Part shown: piece by piece, positions 10,261-18,558 of the stretch
How positions within the stretch are numbered: position 1 is the stretch's first letter
How the letters are laid out: each line of letters begins with the position of its first letter
From: Candidatus Latescibacterota bacterium
GTDB taxonomy: Bacteria > Latescibacterota > UBA2968 > UBA8231
Assembly (NCBI GenBank): GCA_965203175.1
Contig: OZ241867.1
Location: 384,001-448,000 of the forward strand
Reading direction: 5' to 3'
Length of the DNA: 64,000 nucleotides
The notes under the pieces: model-generated
Seen by the model: the letters and a program-made list of their open reading frames with translations, nothing else
The model's database searches: none
What the model was told of the DNA's origin: nothing
Made by a program: the position numbers and the translations under genes

Positions 10261-11139
10261 ATGGAAATCCAACCCCAACCGCAGATATTCGACGTCGATG
10301 AGCAAAACTTTGAAGAGCTGGTCCTCCAAGGCTCGCAGGAACGCGTCATCGTCGTCGATTTTTGGGCCCCTTGGTGCGGCCCTTGCAAGACCTTAGGTCC
10401 GATCCTCGAAGACGTCGTCGCGGCGCTCGGCCCCGGCGTGGCCCTAGCCAAGGTCAACGTCGATGAAAACCAGCGGCTCGCCATGGCCTTTCGGGTCCAA
10501 GGCATCCCCGCGGTCAAAATCGTCAAGAACGGCCAGCTAGCCCAGGAATTCACCGGCGCGCTGCCCAGAGAGCAAATCGAAGCCATTCTCCGTCCTTTGG
10601 TCGCCGATGCCCCCATCCCCGAAGAAGCCCAAGTGATTGACCAAGCTGACGACTTAGCGGCTACCGGCGATCTCGACGAGGCCGCGCGCCAGTACGAGCA
10701 GGCGCTTGAGGAAAATCCCACCGACGGCCCCGCCCTCCTCGGCCTGGCGAAGATCCACCTGCAGCAGGGCCGCTTTGAGACCGTGCAAGAGCTGGTCAAT
10801 CTCGTCGAATCGGACGCCCCCGAATACCCACAGGCCCAAGCACTGCTCACCCAGATCGAGTTTGCCCACCAGTGCCAGCAGGCTGGGGGACGCGCCGCCT
10901 GCGCCCAGCGAGTACTCAGTCAGCCAGACGACCAAGAAGCCCGCTACTTACTCGCCTGTTGTGCAGCCTCCGAGAGTGACTACGAAACCGCGTTGCAGGA
11001 ATGGCTACACATCGTGGGGAAAAAAGCGAACGGCGACCAAGCCGCCAAGGACGCCATGGTCGCCGTCTTCCACCTACTCGGCCGCGACAATCCGCTGGTG
11101 GCCGACTACCAGCGCAAACTCTACCAAGCCCTGTACTGA
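10261..11139 (+). CDS. cnoX: Thioredoxin-TPR chaperedoxin (YbbN/CnoX-like)
   Basis: DFWAPWCGPC, TPR helices, C-terminal YQRKLYQALY. Confidence 0.85.
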   Translation: MEIQPQPQIFDVDEQNFEELVLQGSQERVIVVDFWAPWCGPCKTLGPILEDVVAALGPGVALAKVNVDENQRLAMAFRVQGIPAVKIVKNGQLAQEFTGALPREQIEAILRPLVADAPIPEEAQVIDQADDLAATGDLDEAARQYEQALEENPTDGPALLGLAKIHLQQGRFETVQELVNLVESDAPEYPQAQALLTQIEFAHQCQQAGGRAACAQRVLSQPDDQEARYLLACCAASESDYETALQEWLHIVGKKANGDQAAKDAMVAVFHLLGRDNPLVADYQRKLYQALY

Positions 11140-11146
11140 GCACGCC

Positions 11147-12202
11147 GTGCAGATTACCCGCCTCGAACGCACCGTCTGTTGCGTGCCCTTCCTCCCGGGC
11201 ATCCTACCCCCGCCCGAGTACGACGAGCCCTCGCCCGGCTATCCCGAGCCGCTCTCGGCCCGACGCCAAGACATCCTCAGGATCCACACCGACCAAGGAC
11301 TGACCGGCCTCGGCATGAGCGGACCGTACTACGGCGACCGCACAGAACAACCACCCGACCTGATCGGCAAAGACCCCAACACCTTTGAGCCACGCGCCTT
11401 GCGCGGCGGTGGCTGGGACATCGCCCTCCTCGATCTGATCGGCAAAATGATCGGCTGGCCGCTGTGCCGCATTTTCGGCGGCAAGCTGCAGGACAAGGTG
11501 CTGGTTGACTACTGGATCAGTCGGATGAGCGCCGCGGATACCGCCCGCGCGGCCCAACGCGCCGCCGAGCTGGGTTTCCACGGCATCAAGATGAAGTGCA
11601 AGTGGGAAGATGCCAACATGGAGGACCGAGTCCGCGCCGCCCTCGAAGTCGCGCCGCACCTGCGAGTAGTCCTAGACCCCAACGAGCGCTTCTACAATCT
11701 CGAAAACGCCCTCGACCTAGCCCGCCGCCTCGACGGACTCGACGTGGTCTTTGAAGATCCCTTCCCCAAAACCGATCTCAACGAATATCGCCGCCTCAAG
11801 GAAGAGACCAGCGTCCTCGTCGCCCCGCACTTCCAAAACCCCCGCCAGATCATCGACGCAGTGCATCTCGAAGCGGTTGACGCCTTCAACGTCGCGCCCT
11901 CGGATTGGGATTTTCTCGACATGGCGCGCATCGCCGCAAGCGCGGACATCCCCGTGTGGCAAGCCTCCAATGTCGATCTGGGGATTTTCGACGCCTTCCG
12001 CCTCCACGCCTCGGCCGCCGCGCCCAACTGCACCTTTGGCTCAGACCTCTGCGGCAACTTCGCGCACGAGCACAGCCTGCTCAAAGAGCCACTGGTCCAA
12101 GACGGCTACGCCATCGTGCCCACCGGCCCAGGTTTGGGCGTGGAATTGGACGAGAACGCCGTCGCCCGCTACGCAGTCTCCGCGCAGCAGTGGCCCGGCT
12201 AG
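11147..12202 (+). CDS. Mandelate racemase/muconate lactonizing enzyme family (enolase superfamily)
   Basis: DIALLDLIGK, KMK, DPNE, EDP and PTGPGLGVELD; GTG start at 11147. Confidence 0.85.
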   Translation: MQITRLERTVCCVPFLPGILPPPEYDEPSPGYPEPLSARRQDILRIHTDQGLTGLGMSGPYYGDRTEQPPDLIGKDPNTFEPRALRGGGWDIALLDLIGKMIGWPLCRIFGGKLQDKVLVDYWISRMSAADTARAAQRAAELGFHGIKMKCKWEDANMEDRVRAALEVAPHLRVVLDPNERFYNLENALDLARRLDGLDVVFEDPFPKTDLNEYRRLKEETSVLVAPHFQNPRQIIDAVHLEAVDAFNVAPSDWDFLDMARIAASADIPVWQASNVDLGIFDAFRLHASAAAPNCTFGSDLCGNFAHEHSLLKEPLVQDGYAIVPTGPGLGVELDENAVARYAVSAQQWPG

Positions 12203-12240
12203 GCCGGGATCAGCGCCTCTGCGCCAAAGATCATCGGATA
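11945..12240 (+). repeat. Direct repeat copy 1 (296 bp) spanning the enolase 3' end and the phyH 3' end
   Basis: Matches 16083-16315 joined to 17611-17673 with about 11 mismatches by manual alignment. Confidence 0.95.
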
Positions 12241-12310
12241 ATAAACCTTTAATATCAGAGAATTGGGAGCAAGGAACTCATTCGGCAGGGCTACTATGCG
12301 CTTGATACGT

Positions 12311-12339
12311 TTGACAGGTTTCAGTATGTGAAGTAAGGT
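12311..12339 (+). promoter_or_regulatory. Candidate sigma70 promoter for the STAND gene
   Basis: TTGACA-17 bp-TAAGGT in the AT-rich island leader. Confidence 0.4.
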
Positions 12340-12505
12340 ATCAATCTCTTCGCATTCTCCTGACTAATTGCTAAAAAATGCAGAAGATGAAGGGGTGCGA
12401 AAAAATAATCAGGCAAATCTCGCTCCGGTACCCTTAGCCTAGATATGTTTCGTTTCTGCTAGCGTAAAGGAGATAAGACAGATTTGTCGTTTAATAAAAT
12501 TCTTA

Positions 12506-13436
12506 GAAGCCGTCTGAAAACTATATTTTTCCCTTGATCCGTTTGAGTATCAAGTGGATCATGGCAATCTGAATCAAGGCTTCACTATGGCGGGTCAACA
12601 CCTCATAATATCTCGCATGACGACGAAAATTCATCAACCACGCAAACGTACGCTCAACGACCCAACGCCGTTTGAGTACGGTAAATCCACCGCCTTGTTT
12701 GGCGACGACTTCCAAGTCAATCTTGTGCGTCTTTTTTAGGTCGGCTACCCACGTTCGGATGGCCTGACCTTGGTAGCCGCCATCGACCCACAGTTTGCGC
12801 AAGCGGGGTACGTCGGGGGTACTATAGCGGGTCAACACCTGCTTGAGGCCGTCGCGATCATCGACATCGGCGGCGGTAACCACCACCTGTCTAAGCAAGC
12901 CCGAGGTATCAACCAACAGATGCCGTTTGCGGCCTTGAATCTTTTTACCGGCGTCATATCCGGTTGTTTTACCTTGGGTTGCCGTCTTAATCGTCTGACT
13001 GTCGATACAGCCTGCCGACGGCTGAGATACCCGGCCTTGTCGGCGACGCTCTCGTTGGGTGAGTTGATCCAACACCCGGGGCCAGACCCCTTGCAGACTC
13101 CAGCGACGAAAGGAATCATACACGGTTTTCCACGGCCCAAAACAACAAGGCAACAAAGCCCAAGGACACCCAGTCTTAGTCAAATACAAAAGGCCGTTGA
13201 CGATCTGGCGTCGATCCCGCGGGGGCCGACCCGGACCGTTCGGCCACCACCGCGAAGGCGGCAGCAACGGTTGAATCTGCTGCCATTGCGCATCGGTTAC
13301 ATCGGTAGCATATTGGCCATCAGGCGTACTCATCATGCAAGCCTTTCTATTCAGACTTTTGTAGCGAAACCTGAATATGGCCCGATGAGTACGCCGTTTC
13401 AAATGCAGACCACATCAAGGGTTTTCAGACGGCTTC
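12506..13436 (-). mobile_element. IS5 family element (IS1031-like)
   Basis: TIRs GAAGCCGTCTGAAAAC/GTTTTCAGACGGCTTC; TTA target duplication at 12503-12505 and 13437-13439. Confidence 0.92.
12521..13336 (-). CDS. IS5 family transposase
   Basis: YATDVTDAQW, TGCPW, IDSQT, GRKRHLLVD, VDGGY and RWVVERTFAW motifs. Confidence 0.92.
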   Translation of the reverse strand: MMSTPDGQYATDVTDAQWQQIQPLLPPSRWWPNGPGRPPRDRRQIVNGLLYLTKTGCPWALLPCCFGPWKTVYDSFRRWSLQGVWPRVLDQLTQRERRRQGRVSQPSAGCIDSQTIKTATQGKTTGYDAGKKIQGRKRHLLVDTSGLLRQVVVTAADVDDRDGLKQVLTRYSTPDVPRLRKLWVDGGYQGQAIRTWVADLKKTHKIDLEVVAKQGGGFTVLKRRWVVERTFAWLMNFRRHARYYEVLTRHSEALIQIAMIHLILKRIKGKI

Positions 13437-13468
13437 TTATGCGGATACGTAACGAAACGGAATCGAGT

Positions 13469-16072
13469 ATGAAACACCAACTCCTCTTCGAAAAAATCGA
13501 TAATCGTATTGTTCGCGACAAGGAGGAGGGCGACTACGCCTATTTTCACGCGTTGACTTTGAAATTGGAGTACGTCACAAAACTCGTGACCGCGGGTGTA
13601 GTTGCTTGCATCGGTGATGACGCGGACCGGAATAGGTACTCACTTGAGCACAAACTTGTCCGCGCCAATTCAGTCGGCGACTGGGTAGCAAACCTCAACA
13701 GTGCGCTGGTAGGACCACCAGCAGGCTCCCTAGATTCCAACGCACGCAACCTAGCTCGTGATTTGACGGAGCGGGTCAATTCTACAGATTGGCGGTATCA
13801 TGCTGTAATCGCTTTGAACCAAGCCGCAGAAGAGATCGGCGCTGTGGAGAAGCTGGGCACAAAAGTTGCGCTTCGCCAGTTTTTCGATATCGGGACAAGG
13901 CTCCGGAATCGGAGTCGAGGTCATGGTGCTCCTACCAACGAACAATGCAGTAAGGCTTGTCCGTTCCTCGACAAGGCCCTGAAGGAGGTCGTGTATAAAC
14001 TCAAACTATTTCAGATTCCGTGGGTATATTTGCACCGGAATCTAAGTGGGAAGTACCGAGTATCTCCGCTTTGGGGTGATGCTTCGTGTTTCGAGTATCT
14101 CAAGAGCGAGCGCAATGTGCGCCTTCCTGATAATGGAGTTTTTCTTTATCTCGATCTCCCAGTGTATGTTCCCTTGGTCTTTAGCGATACCGATGTGCTC
14201 GATATCTCTCTTCCCAATGGAAACCACCGTGGTAATACCTTTGAGGCCCTTTCGTATGTTACTAATCAGACAAAGAACGTAGACGGATCGACATGGTCAG
14301 ACCCACCAGCGCGCCTTCCTCGTAGCGAGACCGAGGGGGATACTATACTTGAACCACTGGGCAATACCTTTGCCAATTTGCCTCCCAAACCTAGCGGCTA
14401 CATTCTGCGGCGTGATCTCGAAAAGCGCCTAAAGGAAGAACTTCTGAAGACTGATAGGCATCCCATAGTTTCACTTACTGGTCCGGGGGGGATCGGCAAG
14501 ACGACCATCGCCATCGCGTCAATCGAAGATATCGCTCAACTCAAGCCAGTGCCTTATCAAGTGGTTTTGTGGATCAGTGCTCGAGATATTGACTTGCTTG
14601 AGTCAGGTCCGAAGTCTGTTTCACCTCGAGTGATTACCCAGCAGGACATCTCGCGCGCCGCCGTTGAATTACTTGAACCCGCGGATAAGTCATCGAACGA
14701 TTTTGACCCAGATACCTATTTCCAGAAATGTCTTGCTGAAGGTGCGGCTGGCACGACACTATTTGTGCTTGACAATTTTGAGACAGTGAAGAGCCCGGCG
14801 GATGTCTTCAGTTGGATTGACACCTATGTCAGGCCCCCAAACAAAGTCCTAATTACAACGAGATTTCGTGACTTCGCTGGCGATTACCCAATCGAGATTG
14901 GGGGTATGACAGATGAAGAAGCCAGTAGTCTTATCGACCAACATGCAAGATTCCTTAAAATTGGATCTCTACTGAATCCAACTTACAAAAGTGAGCTGAT
15001 TCGCGAATCTGACGGCCATCCTTATGTCATGAAAGTCCTCTTAGGGCAGGTGGTAAAAGAGCAGCGTGCTGTCAAACCGCAACGTATTATGGCCAGTGCG
15101 GATCACCTGCTGAAGGCTCTATTTGAGAGGACATACGGTGCTCTTAGCCCGGCAGGACAGCGGGTTTTTTTGCTGCTTTGTAGTTGGAGGGTATTTGTCC
15201 CCGAGGTCGCTGTAGAGGCTGTGTCAATCCGTCCTAGGAGTGAGCGATTTGGGGTTACAGAAGCTCTGGAAGAACTACGTCGGTTTTCGCTTGTTGAGCA
15301 GATTGTTTCAAAAAAAGAAGATGAACTCTTTGTGGGAGTGCCGCTGGCGGCGGCAATGTACGGACAACAGAAACTGGAGACCAGTCCCTTTAAGAGCGTG
15401 GTCGGAGAAGATCGAAAGCTTCTGATGGAGTTCGGGGCTGGTAAGCGAGAGGATGTCCATAGGGGTGTCCTCCCACGAATCGAGCGCCTCGTTCAAACTG
15501 TGGCGGTACGAGCAAGTGCTAGCCCGACAACGTTAGAGGAGAACCTACCAGTATTGGAATACCTAGCGGCAAGAGTGCCAAAGGCATATCTACAACTCGC
15601 CGATTTGGTATTGGAAGCCAGTGAGTTGGCTGACTCCACAGAGCGTGCAAAAGGGTACATTCGGAGTTTCTTGGAGAACGCGGACGCTCCTGATCGACAG
15701 GAGGCATGGCTGAAGCTTGCAGACCTGTGTCAGGTGAGTCAGGACCTAGTAGGTGAAATTCACGCGCTCAGTGAGGCCGCGCTACTACCGACAACAGATC
15801 AGGAAGATCTCGGGCGGTTTGCGAATCGTCTAAACAATCGTATGCGAGACTTCAGAGGTGAACCAGAAGAAGTGCGGGGATTTCTTGAGCTGGTCATAAC
15901 GGCGATGGAAAGGCGTTTGAAAGATCTATCAGCCACGAATTGCTCTAGACTAGCTTGGCTTCACTTAAACGTTAAGAACCCGCAACGCGCGCTAGATGTG
16001 GCGAAGATTGGAATTAAGCTCGATTCGAGTAACGATCACTGCCAAAACCTGATCCGGATACTAGATACCTGA
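13469..16072 (+). CDS. NB-ARC/STAND NTPase with N-terminal HEPN-like RxxxxxH region and C-terminal helical/TPR region
   Basis: GPGGIGKT Walker A, VLDNFE Walker B, VLITTR, GHP; RNRSRGH at 13904-13924; alternative start at 13439. Confidence 0.8.
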   Translation: MKHQLLFEKIDNRIVRDKEEGDYAYFHALTLKLEYVTKLVTAGVVACIGDDADRNRYSLEHKLVRANSVGDWVANLNSALVGPPAGSLDSNARNLARDLTERVNSTDWRYHAVIALNQAAEEIGAVEKLGTKVALRQFFDIGTRLRNRSRGHGAPTNEQCSKACPFLDKALKEVVYKLKLFQIPWVYLHRNLSGKYRVSPLWGDASCFEYLKSERNVRLPDNGVFLYLDLPVYVPLVFSDTDVLDISLPNGNHRGNTFEALSYVTNQTKNVDGSTWSDPPARLPRSETEGDTILEPLGNTFANLPPKPSGYILRRDLEKRLKEELLKTDRHPIVSLTGPGGIGKTTIAIASIEDIAQLKPVPYQVVLWISARDIDLLESGPKSVSPRVITQQDISRAAVELLEPADKSSNDFDPDTYFQKCLAEGAAGTTLFVLDNFETVKSPADVFSWIDTYVRPPNKVLITTRFRDFAGDYPIEIGGMTDEEASSLIDQHARFLKIGSLLNPTYKSELIRESDGHPYVMKVLLGQVVKEQRAVKPQRIMASADHLLKALFERTYGALSPAGQRVFLLLCSWRVFVPEVAVEAVSIRPRSERFGVTEALEELRRFSLVEQIVSKKEDELFVGVPLAAAMYGQQKLETSPFKSVVGEDRKLLMEFGAGKREDVHRGVLPRIERLVQTVAVRASASPTTLEENLPVLEYLAARVPKAYLQLADLVLEASELADSTERAKGYIRSFLENADAPDRQEAWLKLADLCQVSQDLVGEIHALSEAALLPTTDQEDLGRFANRLNNRMRDFRGEPEEVRGFLELVITAMERRLKDLSATNCSRLAWLHLNVKNPQRALDVAKIGIKLDSSNDHCQNLIRILDT

Positions 16073-16082
16073 GCTAAGCAAT

Positions 16083-16315
16083 GACATCCCCGTGTGGCAA
16101 GCCTCCAATGTCGATCTGGGAATTTTCGACGCCTTCCGCCTCCACGCCTCGGCCGCCGCGCCCAACTGCACCTTTGGCTCAGACCTCTGCGGCAACTTCG
16201 CGCACGAGCACAGCCTGCTCAAAGAGCCGCTGGTCCAAGACGGCTACGCAATCGTACCCACCGGCCCGGGTTTGGGCGTGGAATTGGACGAGGAGGCCGT
16301 CGCCCGCTATGCCCT
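16083..16315 (+). pseudogene. Direct repeat copy 2, left part: duplicated enolase 3' fragment interrupted by the TnpB element
   Basis: Near-identical to 11945-12177. Confidence 0.93.
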
Positions 16316-17610
16316 AAGAAATCACCGTGGGACTGACGGCTTTGCGCCGGTTCAGGGGGATAAGTGCAGCCTGCACGAGGGGGCCGCAGGCTCCCTGAGT
16401 GCAGGCTGATATAGCTTGACACGGTCCTGCCACATGGTCATATGTACTATTGTGAAACGGGTGATACAAATCAAGCTCCTTCCGACAGCGGAGCAGGCGG
16501 ATGCGCTGGAGCAGACGATGCGCCGCTTCAATGCCGCGTGCAACTGGGTAGCCCAAAAGGCTTTTGAGCGCCGTCTGGCCAACAGCTATGCCCTGCATAA
16601 GCTGCACTACTATGCGGTGCGCGAGCGCTTTGACCTTCCTGCTGACATCGCCATCCTAACGTTTGCCCAAGTGGCGGCCTGCTACAAGCGCGATAAGAGC
16701 AAGCACGTATCGTTTCGTCCGCTGGCGTCGATTCCCTATCGCAAAGGCGCGTTCCGCTACAAGAGCCTAACGGCTGTCAACATCAAGACGGCCGATGGCA
16801 ACCGCCACGACATCCCGATGATTATGGGCGACTACCAGGCCGAGCAGTTTGGCCATGTCAAGCTATTTGCCGAGCTGGTGCGTCGCAAGGACGGCAAATG
16901 GTTCCTGATGGCTACCGTCGAACACGACCCCGAGCCGCCGTGCGAGCCCGACGATTTCCTCGGCGTCGATCTCGGGATGGAGAACCTCGTCACGGATTCT
17001 GATGGCACGATCCACCCCGGCGGCGACGTTGAAGCGGTGCGCATCAAATGCCAGATACTCAAACAGACTCTTCAATCGGCCGCCGACAAAGCAGCCAATC
17101 ACAGACGACGTAAGCGTATTCGTAAGAAGCTCAAGCGCACCGCCGAGCGCGAGTCTCGCTTTCGTCGCAATACGAACCATGTCCTCTCCAAGCGTATCGT
17201 TGGGAAGGCCAAAGACACCGGCCGCGGCATCGCTCTTGAAGACCTCAGAGGCATCCGCGACCGGATACGGTTTCGCAAGCCCCAACGTAACCGCATAGGT
17301 AGCTGGGGGTTCGACCAGCTCAGGCAGTTTGTCGCCTACAAGGCCGAACAGGCCGGGGTGATGCTCAAGCTGATTGATCCAGCGTACACCTCTCAGACCT
17401 GTTCGTCCTGTGGACATGTCGAGCGCGGTAATCGCCCCTCTCAATCCCGGTTTTGTTGCAAGCAGTGTGGGCATCAAGCCCATGCCGATTGCAATGCCGC
17501 CCGGAATATCCGGGCAAGGGCTCTCGTCAACGAGCCTATAGTTTCGGCCTATTCCGCCGCGGCGGGGTGAGCCAGGGACAAGCTGACTGCTTTAGCTGTC
17601 AGGGGTTGAC
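16316..17610 (+). mobile_element. IS200/IS605 family tnpB-only (IS1341-like) element
   Basis: Removing it restores the 296-bp repeat length; LE hairpin 16333-16355 and RE hairpin 17583-17602 share CTGAC.GCTTT; ends in TGAC; no TSD; no tnpA. Confidence 0.9.
16452..17570 (+). CDS. tnpB: RNA-guided endonuclease TnpB
   Basis: RuvC motifs GVDLG, IALEDL and HADCNAARNI; Zn finger CSSC/CKQC; GTG start. Confidence 0.93.
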   Translation: MKRVIQIKLLPTAEQADALEQTMRRFNAACNWVAQKAFERRLANSYALHKLHYYAVRERFDLPADIAILTFAQVAACYKRDKSKHVSFRPLASIPYRKGAFRYKSLTAVNIKTADGNRHDIPMIMGDYQAEQFGHVKLFAELVRRKDGKWFLMATVEHDPEPPCEPDDFLGVDLGMENLVTDSDGTIHPGGDVEAVRIKCQILKQTLQSAADKAANHRRRKRIRKKLKRTAERESRFRRNTNHVLSKRIVGKAKDTGRGIALEDLRGIRDRIRFRKPQRNRIGSWGFDQLRQFVAYKAEQAGVMLKLIDPAYTSQTCSSCGHVERGNRPSQSRFCCKQCGHQAHADCNAARNIRARALVNEPIVSAYSAAAG

Positions 17611-17673
17611 CTCCGCGCAGCAGTGGCCCGGCTAGGCCGGGACCAGCGCCTCTGCGCCAAAGATCATCGGATA
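17611..17673 (+). repeat. Direct repeat copy 2, right part
   Basis: Matches 12178-12240 with one mismatch. Confidence 0.93.
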
Positions 17674-18402
17674 GCCTTCGCCCGTGCGCACGGAACGCGA
17701 GGCCCCGTCCATATAGGCAATGCTAAAGGCGCGGCGCGACTGACCCGTCGGATTGATCCCCGAGCGGTGCAGCAGCAGATTGTTGAGCAAAATCGCCTCG
17801 CCCGCCTCGGCTTCAAGGTCGATTTCCGCGCCCGGCGGCGCGTATTCGGCTAGCTGCTCTTCTGAAGGAAAGTGCCCTTCGGTGATCACCCCGTGCTTGT
17901 GGCTGCCGGGCACCACCTGCATACAGCCGTTTGCCACCGTCGCCGGATCGATCGCAGTCCACACCGTGGTCGTCGGATTGTAATCCACGCCCCAGCCCAC
18001 GCCCACGTCTTGGTGCCAGGGCAGGATCGTGCCCTTTTCCGCCGGCTTGTTCATAAACATCGCCCGGAAAATCGACACGTCCTCGCCGATATAGCGCCGG
18101 GTGATCTGGCGGAAAAAAGGGTGCTGCATGTAGGCGAGATAGACGGGGTCCTGCTCCAAGCCCATGATCTTGCGGTACTGGAGTGTGGTACCCTTGTGGC
18201 CAGCAGAGACGGTGGGCATCTTCGCGTAGTCGGCGTCCTCCCCGTCGAGCTGAAACTCCATCTCCGGGTAGAGGATCTCGCCGAGCATGATCGCGTCAAT
18301 GCGCTGCTGTAGTTCGGCCAATCCCGCGTAGTCGAGGACCTTGCCGAGCCGCACGTACCCGTGCTCTTCAAAGTGGGCGTGCTGTTCGTCGCTGTATTGC
18401 AT
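17632..18402 (-). CDS. Phytanoyl-CoA dioxygenase family Fe(II)/2OG enzyme
   Basis: WHQD, NGCM..VPGSH, LLHRS...N...RR. Confidence 0.9.
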   Translation of the reverse strand: MQYSDEQHAHFEEHGYVRLGKVLDYAGLAELQQRIDAIMLGEILYPEMEFQLDGEDADYAKMPTVSAGHKGTTLQYRKIMGLEQDPVYLAYMQHPFFRQITRRYIGEDVSIFRAMFMNKPAEKGTILPWHQDVGVGWGVDYNPTTTVWTAIDPATVANGCMQVVPGSHKHGVITEGHFPSEEQLAEYAPPGAEIDLEAEAGEAILLNNLLLHRSGINPTGQSRRAFSIAYMDGASRSVRTGEGYPMIFGAEALVPA

Positions 18403-18438
18403 TAGCTGCTTCCCTCCGTTTCCCCTAGAAATGAGCAA

Positions 18439-18558
18439 TGTTCTGGGACTTATATACATGACTAATCACGTATACCTTTCTATGAAGTAGGATCGTCTCT
18501 ACGGACCGATCCTGATGGTATATATCCTCCCTTCATCTCGGCGATAATCCCCGCCGAG
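18439..18558 (-). ncRNA. Candidate omegaRNA scaffold of the second tnpB
   Basis: Three consecutive hairpins at 18537-18558, 18489-18513 and 18453-18474 overlapping and following the tnpB 3' end. Confidence 0.5.

Noticed and set aside
10706-11146. Long N-terminal extension of the enolase ORF
   Set aside because: It overlaps the thioredoxin-TPR gene in another frame; GTG 11147 fits the family length.
12770-13438. N-terminal 223 aa of the 1100-aa ORF as a real fusion domain
   Set aside because: It is the antisense frame of the IS5 transposase and lies inside the TIRs; the real gene starts at 13439 or 13469.
16092-16409. 105-aa ORF as an independent gene
   Set aside because: It is the duplicated enolase 3' fragment reading into the TnpB element's left end.
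16416-16450. Sigma70 promoter for tnpB (TTGACA...TACTAT)
   Set aside because: The spacing is 23 bp, too long to call.
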